Assembly (NCBI GenBank): GCA_007132995.1
Contig: SLNP01000009.1
Location: 1-63,200, forward strand
Length of the DNA stretch: 63,200 nt
Direction of reading: 5' to 3'
Source: Bacteroidales bacterium
GTDB lineage: Bacteria; Bacteroidota; Bacteroidia; Bacteroidales; VadinHA17
The translations under genes and the position numbers were made by a program. Of the stretch, positions 28,035-38,755 are shown in pieces (the first letter of the stretch is position 1; each line of letters starts with the position of its first letter). The notes under the pieces were generated by a model that was not told where the DNA came from, did no database searches, and worked only from the letters and a program-made list of their open reading frames with translations.

Positions 28035-29714
28035 ATGCAAAGGTATTCCCGTCACACAATAGCTCTCGTCATATTAGCAGCATTGCTGACCATAGCGGTC
28101 TCTCTTCCCAGGTCAGACAGCAGAGATTTCAGGATAGCAAGGAACCTGGACATTTTCATCTCACTTATCCGTGAACTTAACACCTTCTATGTAGATGAGT
28201 TCGATCCAGACAAGCTTATAACAAGTGTTATAAGAAGCACGCTCAACACACTCGACCCCTACACGGTCTACTATCCTGAAGAGGATAGCGATGATATAGC
28301 CTTTATGACCACCGGCCAGTACGGGGGTATCGGGGCAATGATAAGGGAAGATGGCGATTTAGCGGTTGTAACCAGGGTTTATAAAGATTTCCCGGCTCAT
28401 AAGGCAGGTGTCAGGGCAGGTGACAGGCTCAAAAAGATAGATGACAAATCGCTCAAAAATTATGGTGCATCTGCCATAAGCGATCTGCTCAAGGGCGAAC
28501 CCGGCTCTGAAATAGAGATTACCGTAGAGAGGCTTGGCAGAGACACCCTGTTTCAGATAAGGCGTGAGAGGGTCGCCCTTAAGGCGGTGCCCTATTATGG
28601 AATGCTCGACGATGGGGTGACAGGATATATAAGATTTACAAACTTTACCCGCAACTGTGCCGGCGATGTGCGCGGCGCGGTTAAGTCACTCATTGAAAAT
28701 GATAATGCAGAGCAGATAATACTCGATGTAAGAGGCAATCCGGGTGGCCTGCTTAACGAGGCCACCGAAATAGTCAATATATTCGTAGATCCGGGAAATG
28801 AAGTGGTATCTACAAGAGGGCGGAATGAGCAGTTCGATGCTGTTCACAAGACAAAGAATAAGGCTCTCGATACCGACATACCACTTGCCGTGCTGATAAG
28901 CAGCGGATCGGCATCTGCAGCAGAGATAGTGGCAGGAGCCATTCAGGATCTTGACAGGGGGGTAGTAATAGGTCAGCGCAGTTTCGGCAAGGGGCTGGTG
29001 CAGATAACCCGACCGTTAAGCTATAATGCCCAACTTAAGGTTACAACCGCTAAGTACTATATACCCAGTGGCAGATGCATACAGGCGCTCGACTATTCCG
29101 ACAGACGGGAAGATGGCAGTGTAGGTAATATACCTGACTCTCTTATCTCGGAATTTACCACCAGAAATGGCAGAATAGTAAAAGATGGCGGTGGTATAAT
29201 GCCAGATATAGAGATAGAGCCACCACTAATCGGAAGGCTGGCTACCAAACTCTATGTTCAGCAGTACCTTTTCAATTTTGCCACCAGATTTTACCACGAT
29301 AACCCCGATATTGAGAGTATCGCACAGCTTACCGCCAGAGAGGATATTTTTGAAGAGCTCATAGCATATCTTGCAGAAAATGAGTTTTCTTATACAACAT
29401 CAACTGAAGCGGCACTGGATAACCTTATAGATGCGGCCCGTCAGGAGAGCTACTATGATATGCACCATGAAACCTTTAGCCGGTTAAGGGAGACTCTCTC
29501 CTCAGATAAGGCGACCGATATGGAGCTTGCCAGGGAAGATATTATAAGGCTGCTGTTGAGTGACCTTGCAGGCAGATACCTCTATGAAGAGGGTGAAATA
29601 AGGATGATGATATCTGATGATGCCGTTATAGAAGAGGCGCGCACTGCTCTCAGCGACAGGGAGCGGTACACCACCATACTTTCTCCGGCAACGGGAAGCA
29701 CAAGCATTCAATAG
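28035..29714 (+). CDS. S41 C-terminal processing protease
   Basis: LDPYT, PDZ region, DVRGNPGG, SASAAEI, FGKGLVQ, TTAKYY. Confidence 0.93.
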   Translation: MQRYSRHTIALVILAALLTIAVSLPRSDSRDFRIARNLDIFISLIRELNTFYVDEFDPDKLITSVIRSTLNTLDPYTVYYPEEDSDDIAFMTTGQYGGIGAMIREDGDLAVVTRVYKDFPAHKAGVRAGDRLKKIDDKSLKNYGASAISDLLKGEPGSEIEITVERLGRDTLFQIRRERVALKAVPYYGMLDDGVTGYIRFTNFTRNCAGDVRGAVKSLIENDNAEQIILDVRGNPGGLLNEATEIVNIFVDPGNEVVSTRGRNEQFDAVHKTKNKALDTDIPLAVLISSGSASAAEIVAGAIQDLDRGVVIGQRSFGKGLVQITRPLSYNAQLKVTTAKYYIPSGRCIQALDYSDRREDGSVGNIPDSLISEFTTRNGRIVKDGGGIMPDIEIEPPLIGRLATKLYVQQYLFNFATRFYHDNPDIESIAQLTAREDIFEELIAYLAENEFSYTTSTEAALDNLIDAARQESYYDMHHETFSRLRETLSSDKATDMELAREDIIRLLLSDLAGRYLYEEGEIRMMISDDAVIEEARTALSDRERYTTILSPATGSTSIQ

Positions 29715-29851
29715 GGCTATTCCCGGCATGGGAAAGCGGTATTACTAATTACCGGCCGGCCTGTGCGCTATGTCATTGTTGCGAAAAACCGGGCAGGGGT
29801 CACTGTAATAAGCAAGAGAGGTTTTGTGATGGTGGGCAGAGAAGGTCAACC

Positions 29852-30280
29852 CTATCGCCATCTGTGTGTGTCATCTTCGTAAATCTCTCTCTTCCATATC
29901 GGCAACCGCTCTTTCAGCAGTTCCAGTGTCTGCCGGCATGCTCTGGTGGTCTGATCGCGGTGACCGCCGGTAACAACAATCAGAAGAGCCATCTCGCCCG
30001 CCTTCACGACACCTGTGGAGTGCACAACCCTTACGCTTTTAACATCGGGGAAAGCCCGCATAACTATCTCAACAACCTCGTTGCACTCTTTTCCGGCCAT
30101 CTCCTCATAGGCTGAGTACTCAATAGCCTTCACCTTCCCTCTCTCGTCTTCATCGGCCCTCACCTGACCAGCAAAAACAGAGACGCCACCCCTGTCATCA
30201 AAGGCTGCGTCAGTGGCCATAATATCAGCAACAAGCCGGTAGGGTAGAGGTCCGTCGTAAAGTAGTTCTTCTCTGCTCAT
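29852..30280 (-). CDS. moaE: Molybdopterin synthase catalytic subunit
   Basis: FAGQVR, EYSAY, HSTG, GHR, LKERLPIWKRE. Confidence 0.9.
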   Translation of the reverse strand: MSREELLYDGPLPYRLVADIMATDAAFDDRGGVSVFAGQVRADEDERGKVKAIEYSAYEEMAGKECNEVVEIVMRAFPDVKSVRVVHSTGVVKAGEMALLIVVTGGHRDQTTRACRQTLELLKERLPIWKREIYEDDTHRWR

Positions 30281-30353
30281 ATCAGCTACCTTTTATCATT
30301 TTACAATCACAATGTAAGTTCCGGGCCCTGTCCAGCGGAAATTGTTTCAGTCG

Positions 30354-30602
30354 CTACCCTCCGGCAAAAGGTGGTAGGAAGGCCACCTCATCGCCCTCTT
30401 TTAGCTGAAGCGTCTCACTGACCATCTCTCTGTTTACAGATATCCTGTAACTCAGCTTCTCCAGACCCGGCAGCGACTCAGCAACCCTCTTTCTGAGTGC
30501 CTCAGTATCGGCAACTCCTTCATAATAAAGCTCTTTTGCCCCAACCTTCTCAGCAATTATGCCAAAAAAGAGAACCCTTATCCTATCTCTACTCTCACCC
30601 AT
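30354..30602 (-). CDS. moaD: MoaD/ThiS sulfur carrier
   Basis: Ubiquitin-like size, ends GDEVAFLPPFAGG. Confidence 0.9.
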   Translation of the reverse strand: MGESRDRIRVLFFGIIAEKVGAKELYYEGVADTEALRKRVAESLPGLEKLSYRISVNREMVSETLQLKEGDEVAFLPPFAGG

Positions 30603-30651
30603 ATAACAGATATTTAATCATTTCAGTAATTATAATTTAACAGAGCGATTA

Positions 30652-33468
30652 TCAATGCACCTCAAGCCAGTTTTTGCCTGTGCCTGTTTCTACTACCATA
30701 TCTACCTTAAGCTTTACTGCACCCTCCATCTCATCTCTTATCAGGGCCTCTGCCGCCCGGGCCTTGTCAGGCTCTACCTCGAACATCAGCTCATCATGAA
30801 CCTGCAGTATCATATACGCCCCGGGCATCTCCCCGGCAAGCCGCTCATATATATTTATCATGGCAATTTTTATTATATCTGCCGCCGACCCCTGAATAGG
30901 TGCATTAATAGCGTTCCTTTCGGCATTACCCCTTACAACCTGATTACGCGAGTTAATATCTGGCAGGTAACGCCTCCGCCCGAAAATGGTGGTTACAAAT
31001 CCCTTTTGACGAGCCTTTGCAATCGCCTCATCCATATATCTTTTCACATCGGGATATGATGCAAAGTATCCGTCAATAAGCTCTTTGGCCTCACTCCTGC
31101 TTATTGAGAGACGCTCAGATAGCCCAAACGCGGAGATGCCGTAGATGATGCCAAAATTTGCTGTTTTTGCACGGCTACGCATTTCGCGGGTAACTTCACT
31201 CTCACTAACACCGAATATCTTGGCTGCGGTAGCGGCATGTATGTCGCTGCCCGCCCTGAAGTCAGATATCATATTGGCATCACCACTAAGGTGGGCCATA
31301 AGCCTCAACTCAATCTGAGAGTAGTCGGCAGAGACGAGCAGCCTGCCCTCTTCCGGCACAAAGGCACGCCGTAGCTCCCTGCCCCTCTCGTCGCGAACAG
31401 GAATATTCTGAAGATTGGGGTTGTTGCTGCTGAGACGCCCCGTAGAGGCAACTGCCTGATTAAAGCTGGCATGTATTCTTCCTGTTACAGGTGAAATCAA
31501 CTTTGGAAGGGTCTCAACATATGAGGAGAGCAGCTTTGTCAGCCCCCTGAATTCCAGCACCTTTTCAATTATAGGGTGTCTCTTCACCAGCCTCTGCAGA
31601 GTCTCTTCACTGGTGCTGTACTGGCCACTCCGGGTCTTTCTGGCCTTGCTCTCAAGCTTGAGCTCTCCGAAAAGAACATCACCGAGCTGTCTGGGCGATG
31701 CAATATTGAACTCTCTGCCTGCAAGCTTCCATATCTCATCCCGCTGCAGGGCGATCTCCTCTCTAAGTTGCTCCGCGTAATCAGAGAGACCATCCTTGTT
31801 AAGACGGATGCCCTTGCGTTCCATAGAAGAGAGAACTTTTACAAGAGGCATCTCAATCTTTTCAGCCAACTGCTTCATGCCACGCTCTTCGAGCATGGGT
31901 GAGAAGAGCCGGTAAAGCTGCCAGGTAATATCTGCATCTTCAACGGCATACTCTTTCAACTCTTCCGGGGGAACCGTCCGCATGCTTCTCTGATTTGCAC
32001 CGCGCGATCCGATGAGAGCATCGATTGGTACCATGCTGTAGCTGAGAAACACCTCAGAGAGGAAGTCAAGTTTATGTCTGTTGTCGGGTTCGAGCAGGTA
32101 GTGTGCTATCATAGTGTCGAAGAGCGGGCCGCCAACATCAATGCCGTAATTGCCCAGAACCTGTATGTCAAACTTAAGGTTATGGCCAACCTTAATCTGC
32201 TTCTCCGATCGCAGCGGCTCTCTCAGCATCTCCAGTAACCGTTCTGTCTCTCTGCGATCATCAGGGAACCTCACCATATAGCCTTTGCCCTTCTCCCATG
32301 AGAAGGCGATAGCAACAATCTCCGACTCAAGGGGGTTAATTGAGGTTGTCTCGGTATCGAAGCAGAAGGCATCATGATCGGTCAGTTTTGAGACCAGTTC
32401 AATTATAGCCTCATCGCTATCACAGCTTATATACTCATGCGGCGTGTCGGCTATGGTACTGTAGCTGCTCTGCTCTGAGATAGCCGCTGAAGTCTCGCCA
32501 AAGAGCGATCCCTGCATATTTGCACTGCTCTCTTCCCGGCTTTTCTTTGCAGGCCTGTCTTCCCTTGCTTTTTCTGCATCTCTGGCTGCGGGAAGAGAAG
32601 AGAAGATTCGTGAGGCTGTGGTACGAAACTCAAGCTCCTCAAACAGCCGTTTAAGAATTTCGGTATCAGGAAGACCATAGAGAAGGTGCTCCTCATTAAA
32701 CTCGACCGGCACATCCTGTTCGATAGTTGCCAGTCGCTTTGAGATCTCAATCTGCTCACGGTTATCTTCGATTATGCCTTTGATTCTGCCGGTCAGCTTA
32801 TGGCTGTTTTGGAGCAGATTCTCCACAGAGCCCCATTCGGCTATAAGCTTCTTAGCCGTTTTCGGTCCAACACCCGGAGCACCGGGAATATTATCAGAAC
32901 TATCGCCCATAAGGGCAAGCAGATCGATAACCTGTTCGGGGCGCTCAACCGAGAACTCTCTTACTACCTCCTCTACTCCCCACACTCTGGCCCCTTCGCC
33001 ACTGCGTGCGGGCTTATACATCATAACCTCTTCCGTAACAAGCTGAGCAAAGTCCTTATCTGATGTCATCATGTAGGTAGCATACCCCTTACCGCCTGCC
33101 TTTTTGGCAAGGGTTCCTATTACATCGTCTGCCTCAAAACCGGGCACCTCCATATAGGGTATTCCGAACCCCTCCAGCAATCTCTTTATCCACGGTACCG
33201 ACCGCTTGATATCTTCCGGTGTGGCATCGCGGTTGGCCTTATAGGCCGGAAACATCTCATGCCGAAAGGTTGGGGTGGGCGGATCGAACACCACGGCTAT
33301 ATGTGTCGGCTTCTGATTCTGCAGTATCTCTTCGAGGGTAAGCAGGAAACCGAAAACGGCAGAGGTGTTCTCGCCCCTGGAGTTGATACGCGGATTACTG
33401 ATAAAGGCGTAGTAAGAGCGGAAAATCAATGCGTAGGCATCAAGAAGAAAAAGTCTCTTTTCACTCAC
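30652..33468 (-). CDS. polA: DNA polymerase I
   Basis: 5'-3' exonuclease (EADDVIG, GDSSDNIPG), 3'-5' exonuclease FDTET, polymerase motifs DYSQIELR, KTANFGIIYG, QVHDE. Confidence 0.98.
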   Translation of the reverse strand: MSEKRLFLLDAYALIFRSYYAFISNPRINSRGENTSAVFGFLLTLEEILQNQKPTHIAVVFDPPTPTFRHEMFPAYKANRDATPEDIKRSVPWIKRLLEGFGIPYMEVPGFEADDVIGTLAKKAGGKGYATYMMTSDKDFAQLVTEEVMMYKPARSGEGARVWGVEEVVREFSVERPEQVIDLLALMGDSSDNIPGAPGVGPKTAKKLIAEWGSVENLLQNSHKLTGRIKGIIEDNREQIEISKRLATIEQDVPVEFNEEHLLYGLPDTEILKRLFEELEFRTTASRIFSSLPAARDAEKAREDRPAKKSREESSANMQGSLFGETSAAISEQSSYSTIADTPHEYISCDSDEAIIELVSKLTDHDAFCFDTETTSINPLESEIVAIAFSWEKGKGYMVRFPDDRRETERLLEMLREPLRSEKQIKVGHNLKFDIQVLGNYGIDVGGPLFDTMIAHYLLEPDNRHKLDFLSEVFLSYSMVPIDALIGSRGANQRSMRTVPPEELKEYAVEDADITWQLYRLFSPMLEERGMKQLAEKIEMPLVKVLSSMERKGIRLNKDGLSDYAEQLREEIALQRDEIWKLAGREFNIASPRQLGDVLFGELKLESKARKTRSGQYSTSEETLQRLVKRHPIIEKVLEFRGLTKLLSSYVETLPKLISPVTGRIHASFNQAVASTGRLSSNNPNLQNIPVRDERGRELRRAFVPEEGRLLVSADYSQIELRLMAHLSGDANMISDFRAGSDIHAATAAKIFGVSESEVTREMRSRAKTANFGIIYGISAFGLSERLSISRSEAKELIDGYFASYPDVKRYMDEAIAKARQKGFVTTIFGRRRYLPDINSRNQVVRGNAERNAINAPIQGSAADIIKIAMINIYERLAGEMPGAYMILQVHDELMFEVEPDKARAAEALIRDEMEGAVKLKVDMVVETGTGKNWLEVH

Positions 33469-33483
33469 GGAATCTCTCTTTTA

Positions 33484-33933
33484 TTAGCGGTTATCGTCAG
33501 CAAACCATTCGGCGAATGAGGTTGCTGTCTCATAGAGCCTGAGACTGTGCAACTCAACCCCCCGGGGCAGCCTGCTGCCTATTTTTTTTGCAAAATCCTG
33601 AACCAGGTTCTCGCAGGTTGGCTGGTAGTCGGTAACCACCGTATTGCCAAAAAGCTTCTCAAACTGCTCTATCTTTCCGGCCTTCTCAAACCTGCTAACC
33701 ACAACCGAATGGTCGAAGCGGTCAACTATCTCCCCGCAAACAATCTTCTTGAGTTCCGAAAAATCTATCACCATCCCCAGCTTGGGGTCTGAGCTGTCTG
33801 ACACAGGCTCGCCTGCAACAGTTACAAAGAGCCTGTAGGAGTGGCCATGAACATTGCGGCATGGTCCGTCATAGTTGTGCAGAACATGCGACATTTCGAA
33901 GGCAAACTCCTTGGTTACTCTTATTAGTGCCAT
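33484..33933 (-). CDS. queD: 6-carboxytetrahydropterin synthase
   Basis: CRNVHGHSY, IDF, FDH, PTCEN, LYET. Confidence 0.92.
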   Translation of the reverse strand: MALIRVTKEFAFEMSHVLHNYDGPCRNVHGHSYRLFVTVAGEPVSDSSDPKLGMVIDFSELKKIVCGEIVDRFDHSVVVSRFEKAGKIEQFEKLFGNTVVTDYQPTCENLVQDFAKKIGSRLPRGVELHSLRLYETATSFAEWFADDNR

Positions 33934-34162
33934 CCTATCCTCTATTTTACTGTCGGTGCAAAGTTAACCATTCGCTCTCTCTTTTCTTCTGCAAGATGGG
34001 AAAGAGCACACAATCTTTTTCCGAAGAGATGTTACCACAGCAGCCGGTATGCCAAAAGGGAGAGGGGGCTGATACAGATAAAAGCCCCCTCCGGTAAAAC
34101 TATTTGTACTGTCAATAGCTCATACAGGCTTGCCTCTCAGCTTGCCAGAGAGCATGCAGCTG

Positions 34163-35440
34163 TTATTCGCCAAAGACATAGAGGTAGTCTGTACCCCTCA
34201 CTATAAGCCTGTCTCTAAGCAGAACAGGCGTGGCGACAATATTATCTTCAAACTTGGTCTGATGAACTATTTCGGCACTTTCGCGAGAAACCTCTACCAC
34301 GAAGAACGAACCCTGATCACACACCATATAGAGCTTGTTGCCTGCCATGGTCGGAGAGGCGTAAAAGGTCCCTACAGCACCCTCCAGACGGGTTTGCCAG
34401 AGCTCTTCACCGCTCTCCATATCGATGCCCCATAGGTTGCCGTTAAAGGCAAGTATATAGGCCACCCCCATGGTTATTACGGGAGTTGCAACATCAGAAC
34501 CTACTCTCGATATCTGCCAGATAAAGTCCTCTTCATCCATATTGCCGGTGAGGCCGGTTCTCACAGCTGCCGTAAACATACCTCTTCCGTAGGGAACAAG
34601 AACGGCCCCATCATAGTAGACGGCAGAGGCTATTGTACGCCAGGCAGCCCTCTGTGACGGATTGAACCCACCATACTCCCAGATCATTTCACCGGTGGCG
34701 GCATCATGACCGGTCAGATGATCTGCGCCCCAAACAACAATGGTTTTGCGACCATTCTCATCAATTACGATGGGTGTGGTGTAGCTCTGGGGGGTCTCCC
34801 TGCCGCTGGTATAGTTTCTCTCAACCTTCCAGGCCACATCACCGGTAGCCTGATTGAGTGCCAGCAGATAGGAGTCGCCCTCGTGCATAACTGCGATAAG
34901 TACATTATCCTTCACCAGCACCGGGCTGGTGCCAATGTCAAAGAAGTAATAAATCTCTCCGTACTCCTCTATCAGATTTTTGCTCCAGAGAACATTGCCA
35001 TCAAAATCGAGGGCGGCAACGGTACTAGAGTGGAAAAAGACAAAAATTCTCTCTCCATCGGTCACCGGAGAGGGGTTGCTGGGTGTACCCCTTGGCTGTC
35101 GGCCACCCCTTCTCATGGGGCCAATTGTAGTCTGCCATATCAGGTCTCCATCCCAGTCGTAGCATAGAACACCATCCTCACCATCACTGCCCTCACCCAC
35201 AACAGAAGTCAATATTATGTGGTCGCCCCATACCGCCGGGGTTGAGGCACCCCTTCCGGGAAGAGCCACCGTCCAAAGGGCATCATCAGTGGCAGAGAAG
35301 TTGACCGGATAGTTGCCGGGAGTTGCTATCCCATTGGCATCGGGCCCTCTCCATTGCGGCCAGTTCTCCCTCTCCTGAGCGCAGGAGAACAGAGTAATAA
35401 GAGCAAGCAGGCTCAATAAACTTTTTGCGATTCTTTTCAT
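34163..35440 (-). CDS. PQQ-binding-like beta-propeller lipoprotein
   Basis: Lipobox LFSC, WPQWRGP, repeated xTPxx and TGxxxW blade motifs. Confidence 0.85.
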   Translation of the reverse strand: MKRIAKSLLSLLALITLFSCAQERENWPQWRGPDANGIATPGNYPVNFSATDDALWTVALPGRGASTPAVWGDHIILTSVVGEGSDGEDGVLCYDWDGDLIWQTTIGPMRRGGRQPRGTPSNPSPVTDGERIFVFFHSSTVAALDFDGNVLWSKNLIEEYGEIYYFFDIGTSPVLVKDNVLIAVMHEGDSYLLALNQATGDVAWKVERNYTSGRETPQSYTTPIVIDENGRKTIVVWGADHLTGHDAATGEMIWEYGGFNPSQRAAWRTIASAVYYDGAVLVPYGRGMFTAAVRTGLTGNMDEEDFIWQISRVGSDVATPVITMGVAYILAFNGNLWGIDMESGEELWQTRLEGAVGTFYASPTMAGNKLYMVCDQGSFFVVEVSRESAEIVHQTKFEDNIVATPVLLRDRLIVRGTDYLYVFGE

Positions 35441-35626
35441 CTTATCAGTAGTTTTCGGTTCAACAACAGGTTAATTCCGCATAGATAGAGACCTTGACAA
35501 ACCTCTCGCAACAGGAGAACTCTGTCAGCCAACCGCCAATATATGAAATATAAAGGAATATCGCCAGAGCAGATGATTACTGTTACCCAAAATAGTACAA
35601 CCGGGTAACCGGTCATAAGTGATATA

Positions 35627-35885
35627 GCTGATGCTGCCCATGGCGATTGTACTGCTACTGGTTGCTGCTGGTACCGGGCTGCCGCTGATGATGATACTGC
35701 CGGTGCTGCTGCCATTGATTCGTGCTGTTGCCGGGCTGGCTCTGATGCCCTGATGCTGCTTAGTGCTTGTGATTCCATTGGTTCTGCTTACTGTTTATGG
35801 CTCCATTGGCTGGTGCTGCTGCCATTGATTCGTGCTGGTACCGGGCGCTGCTGATGCTGATACTGCTGGTGCTGCCGCCGCCGCT
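35627..35885. repeat. Degenerate GCT/GAT-rich repeat region
   Basis: 26-nt identical block at 35702-35727 and 35812-35837; further shared blocks at 35666/35833 and 35684/35850. Confidence 0.7.
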
Positions 35886-36029
35886 TCCGGACAGACCCGA
35901 TTACCACAACAGGTATTCAGGGGTTAACCAATGCCGCCGAACAGAGAGAGAGGGTGATATGTGCAGGTTAGGCTTTCACTGTTTCCAAAATAGAGTAACT
36001 TTGTGCGCCGTACATAAAGAGGGTAGATA

Positions 36030-37658
36030 ATGAGAGAATATCCGGGAGGAGTAACATTAAAATCTCTTTTAGAGAAGAGTATTGAGGAGCACGGTGATTC
36101 GGCCGCCTTCGGGTTTGCCGGGGAAAAGCCCATGAGTTACAGTGATGCCGGAAGGAGTATTGAATCGCTTATTGCCATGATGCAGAGTACCGGCACAAGT
36201 CAGGGTGACCGGGTAGCAATTCTGAGCAGCAATATGCCAAACTGGCCCGTCGCCTACTTCGCCATAGTGAGCATGGGAGCGGTTGTCGTACCTATTTTAC
36301 CCGATTTTTCAGCCTCAGAGGTGAAGAATATTATTGAGCACTCCGGAGCCAGGCTTGTTTTTGTTTCCCATGCCCTTTCACATAAGTGTAAGGGTCTTCC
36401 CGAAGGCATAACCATAGTGCCCCTTGATGACTTGCCGGAAGTGACCCCACCGGCTCATGGTCGCGGTGAGAGGCCCACGGAGGCCATCACTGTCGGCGAG
36501 AACGATCTGGCAGCGATAATATACACCTCAGGTACAACAGGGAAATCGAAAGGTGTTATGCTCACACACAGGAACATCTGCTTTACAGCTTACGGAGGAT
36601 CTCTTATTCAGCCCCTTACTAACGAAGATCGTTTTCTTTCGGTGCTGCCCCTGAGTCACACCTACGAGAATACCCTTGGACTGATACTGGCTGTCATGCA
36701 CGCCTCATCGATCTGGTATCTGCGTAAGCCACCGACCGCTCCGGTACTTCTCCCCGCACTAAGCGAGGTAAAGCCAACTGTGATGCTTACAGTACCGCTT
36801 ATTATTGAGAAGATATACTTCAACAAAATATTGCCCACAATGAACAGCAAGGCGATAACCCGCCTGCTGTTTACCTTTCCCCCGGCACGCAAATTACTGA
36901 GCAGGGTTGCAGGCCGCAAGCTGCTCCGCACATTTGGCGGAGAGCTCAAATTCTTTGGTATCGGCGGAGCCAAGGTTAACAGGATTGTTGAGAGGTTCCT
37001 TATCGAGTCACGGTTCCCTTACGCTATCGGCTACGGCCTTACCGAAACATCACCCCTTCTTGCCGGATTCGGCCCATTCCGCGGGAAATGGGAATCTACC
37101 GGCCCTGCCATGAACGGGGTTACCCTTAAGATCAACGACCCCGATCCAACAACCGGCCGGGGCGAGATATGGGCTAAAGGCGCTAATGTGATGAAGGGCT
37201 ACTACAAACAGTCCGATCTTACCGCAGAGGTGATTACAGAAGATGGGTGGTTTAAGACCGGCGACCTTGGCGCCATTGACGAGAGTGGCTATCTTTTCAT
37301 CAAAGGCCGCTCAAAGAATATGATACTGACATCGACCGGTGAAAACATCTATCCCGAAGAGATCGAGTCGGTAATCAACACCTTTAGCCATGTAGTTGAT
37401 TCGCTGGTAGTTGAGAAGAGTGGGCGCCTGGTTGCGATGGTCCATCTCAACCTCGATGAGATAGAGTCCATGTATCGCGACATGAAAGAGAATATGTCAC
37501 AAAGGCTCGACGATTTAATCAACGAAACCCTTAACGAGTTGCAGGAGTATGTAAATCAGCAGGTGGGAAAGGGAAGGCAACTGTCAGCCGTTGAGCTTCA
37601 TCGCGAGCCGTTCCAAAAGACACCCACAATGAAGATAAAGAGGTTTCTTTATCATTGA
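36030..37658 (+). CDS. Long-chain fatty acid-CoA ligase (AMP-binding)
   Basis: YTSGTTGKSKG, GYGLTE, FKTGDLG, GENIYPEEIE, KIKR; TAACTTTG upstream. Confidence 0.92.
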   Translation: MREYPGGVTLKSLLEKSIEEHGDSAAFGFAGEKPMSYSDAGRSIESLIAMMQSTGTSQGDRVAILSSNMPNWPVAYFAIVSMGAVVVPILPDFSASEVKNIIEHSGARLVFVSHALSHKCKGLPEGITIVPLDDLPEVTPPAHGRGERPTEAITVGENDLAAIIYTSGTTGKSKGVMLTHRNICFTAYGGSLIQPLTNEDRFLSVLPLSHTYENTLGLILAVMHASSIWYLRKPPTAPVLLPALSEVKPTVMLTVPLIIEKIYFNKILPTMNSKAITRLLFTFPPARKLLSRVAGRKLLRTFGGELKFFGIGGAKVNRIVERFLIESRFPYAIGYGLTETSPLLAGFGPFRGKWESTGPAMNGVTLKINDPDPTTGRGEIWAKGANVMKGYYKQSDLTAEVITEDGWFKTGDLGAIDESGYLFIKGRSKNMILTSTGENIYPEEIESVINTFSHVVDSLVVEKSGRLVAMVHLNLDEIESMYRDMKENMSQRLDDLINETLNELQEYVNQQVGKGRQLSAVELHREPFQKTPTMKIKRFLYH

Positions 37659-37743
37659 ATCTGCCTGGCAACATAAGTGTCACCCTCCTGCAAGGCGGGT
37701 CATAGTGCCAGGCGCCTGCAGAGGTCTTTGAGCGGAGTATTTA

Positions 37744-37917
37744 TCAGAAGGTTAAACCGACCCGGAGGCAGAGTCCCCTTTGTGGTTCAAAAGGTTAAAC
37801 CGACACGAGGGCAAGTTACCCATTGTGGTTCAAAAGGTTGTAAGCCGACACAGATGCAGACTCCCCTAACTGGCTCAAAAGGTTAAACCGGCAAAGAGGC
37901 AGGCTAATCTTAGTGGC
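37744..37917. repeat. Four degenerate 43-45 bp tandem units
   Basis: Units start TCA(G/A)AAGGTT at 37744, 37787, 37830 and 37875. Confidence 0.8.
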
Positions 37918-38056
37918 AGGGCAGCCCGGGTCTCATCGCCCTGACAGGTAACAGGGTCCGGGACTAAAAGCCTGCCTGTGGTGATTTTTTCTCTTACAGC
38001 ATTGGGCATCGAAAACAACACTCTAATTTCATACCTTTGCAGAAAAGGCGACCCCA

Positions 38057-38755
38057 ATGCAATCGATTCTCGTAATAGAAGATGAAGAGCGTATAGCATC
38101 TCTTATAAGGCGTGTGTTGGAAGAGAATGGATTCATGGTTACGGTGGCAGAGAGCGGAATCAGAGGGAGAGAGTACATACTGTCGAACCATTTCGATCTG
38201 GTTGTCTCAGATATTATTCTTCCCGGCATTAACGGTGTCGAACTATGCAGGGAGATCAAGAAGATCAAGCCCCATCTGCCGGTAATAATGCTGACAGCTC
38301 TTGGCACTACCGACGACAAAGTGGAGGGTCTCGATGCGGGCTCCGATGACTATCTGGTAAAACCTTTTGAGATAAAGGAGTTTATTGCCAGAATAAATAG
38401 CCTGCTGAGACGATACCAGTTGCTAACTGCCACAGACCACACCCGGATATCGACCCTCACATACGACTCTGTCGAGATAAATCTTGATATCAAAACGGTA
38501 AGGCGCGAAGGTAAAGAGATAAAGCTGACACCCAAAGAGTTCAACCTGCTTGAGTATCTGATGAGGAATCCTGAGAGGGTGCTTTCGAGGGCTGAAATAG
38601 CAGCCAATGTTTGGGACACACATTTCGACACAGGCACCAACTTCATTGATGTGTATATCAACTACCTGCGAAACAAGATAGATAAGAATTTCGAAACGAA
38701 ACTTATTCATACCCGAACCGGAATGGGGTTTATCCTTAACAGAGATGAAAATTAG
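38057..38755 (+). CDS. OmpR/PhoB-family response regulator (CusR/ArlR-like)
   Basis: IEDE, D-acceptor SDIILP, LTA, DDYLVKPF, wHTH LTPKEF...DVYINYLRNK. Confidence 0.95.
   Translation: MQSILVIEDEERIASLIRRVLEENGFMVTVAESGIRGREYILSNHFDLVVSDIILPGINGVELCREIKKIKPHLPVIMLTALGTTDDKVEGLDAGSDDYLVKPFEIKEFIARINSLLRRYQLLTATDHTRISTLTYDSVEINLDIKTVRREGKEIKLTPKEFNLLEYLMRNPERVLSRAEIAANVWDTHFDTGTNFIDVYINYLRNKIDKNFETKLIHTRTGMGFILNRDEN

Noticed and set aside
37744-37917. CRISPR array
   Set aside because: The period of 43 bp is too short, the putative spacers resemble each other, and there are no cas genes.
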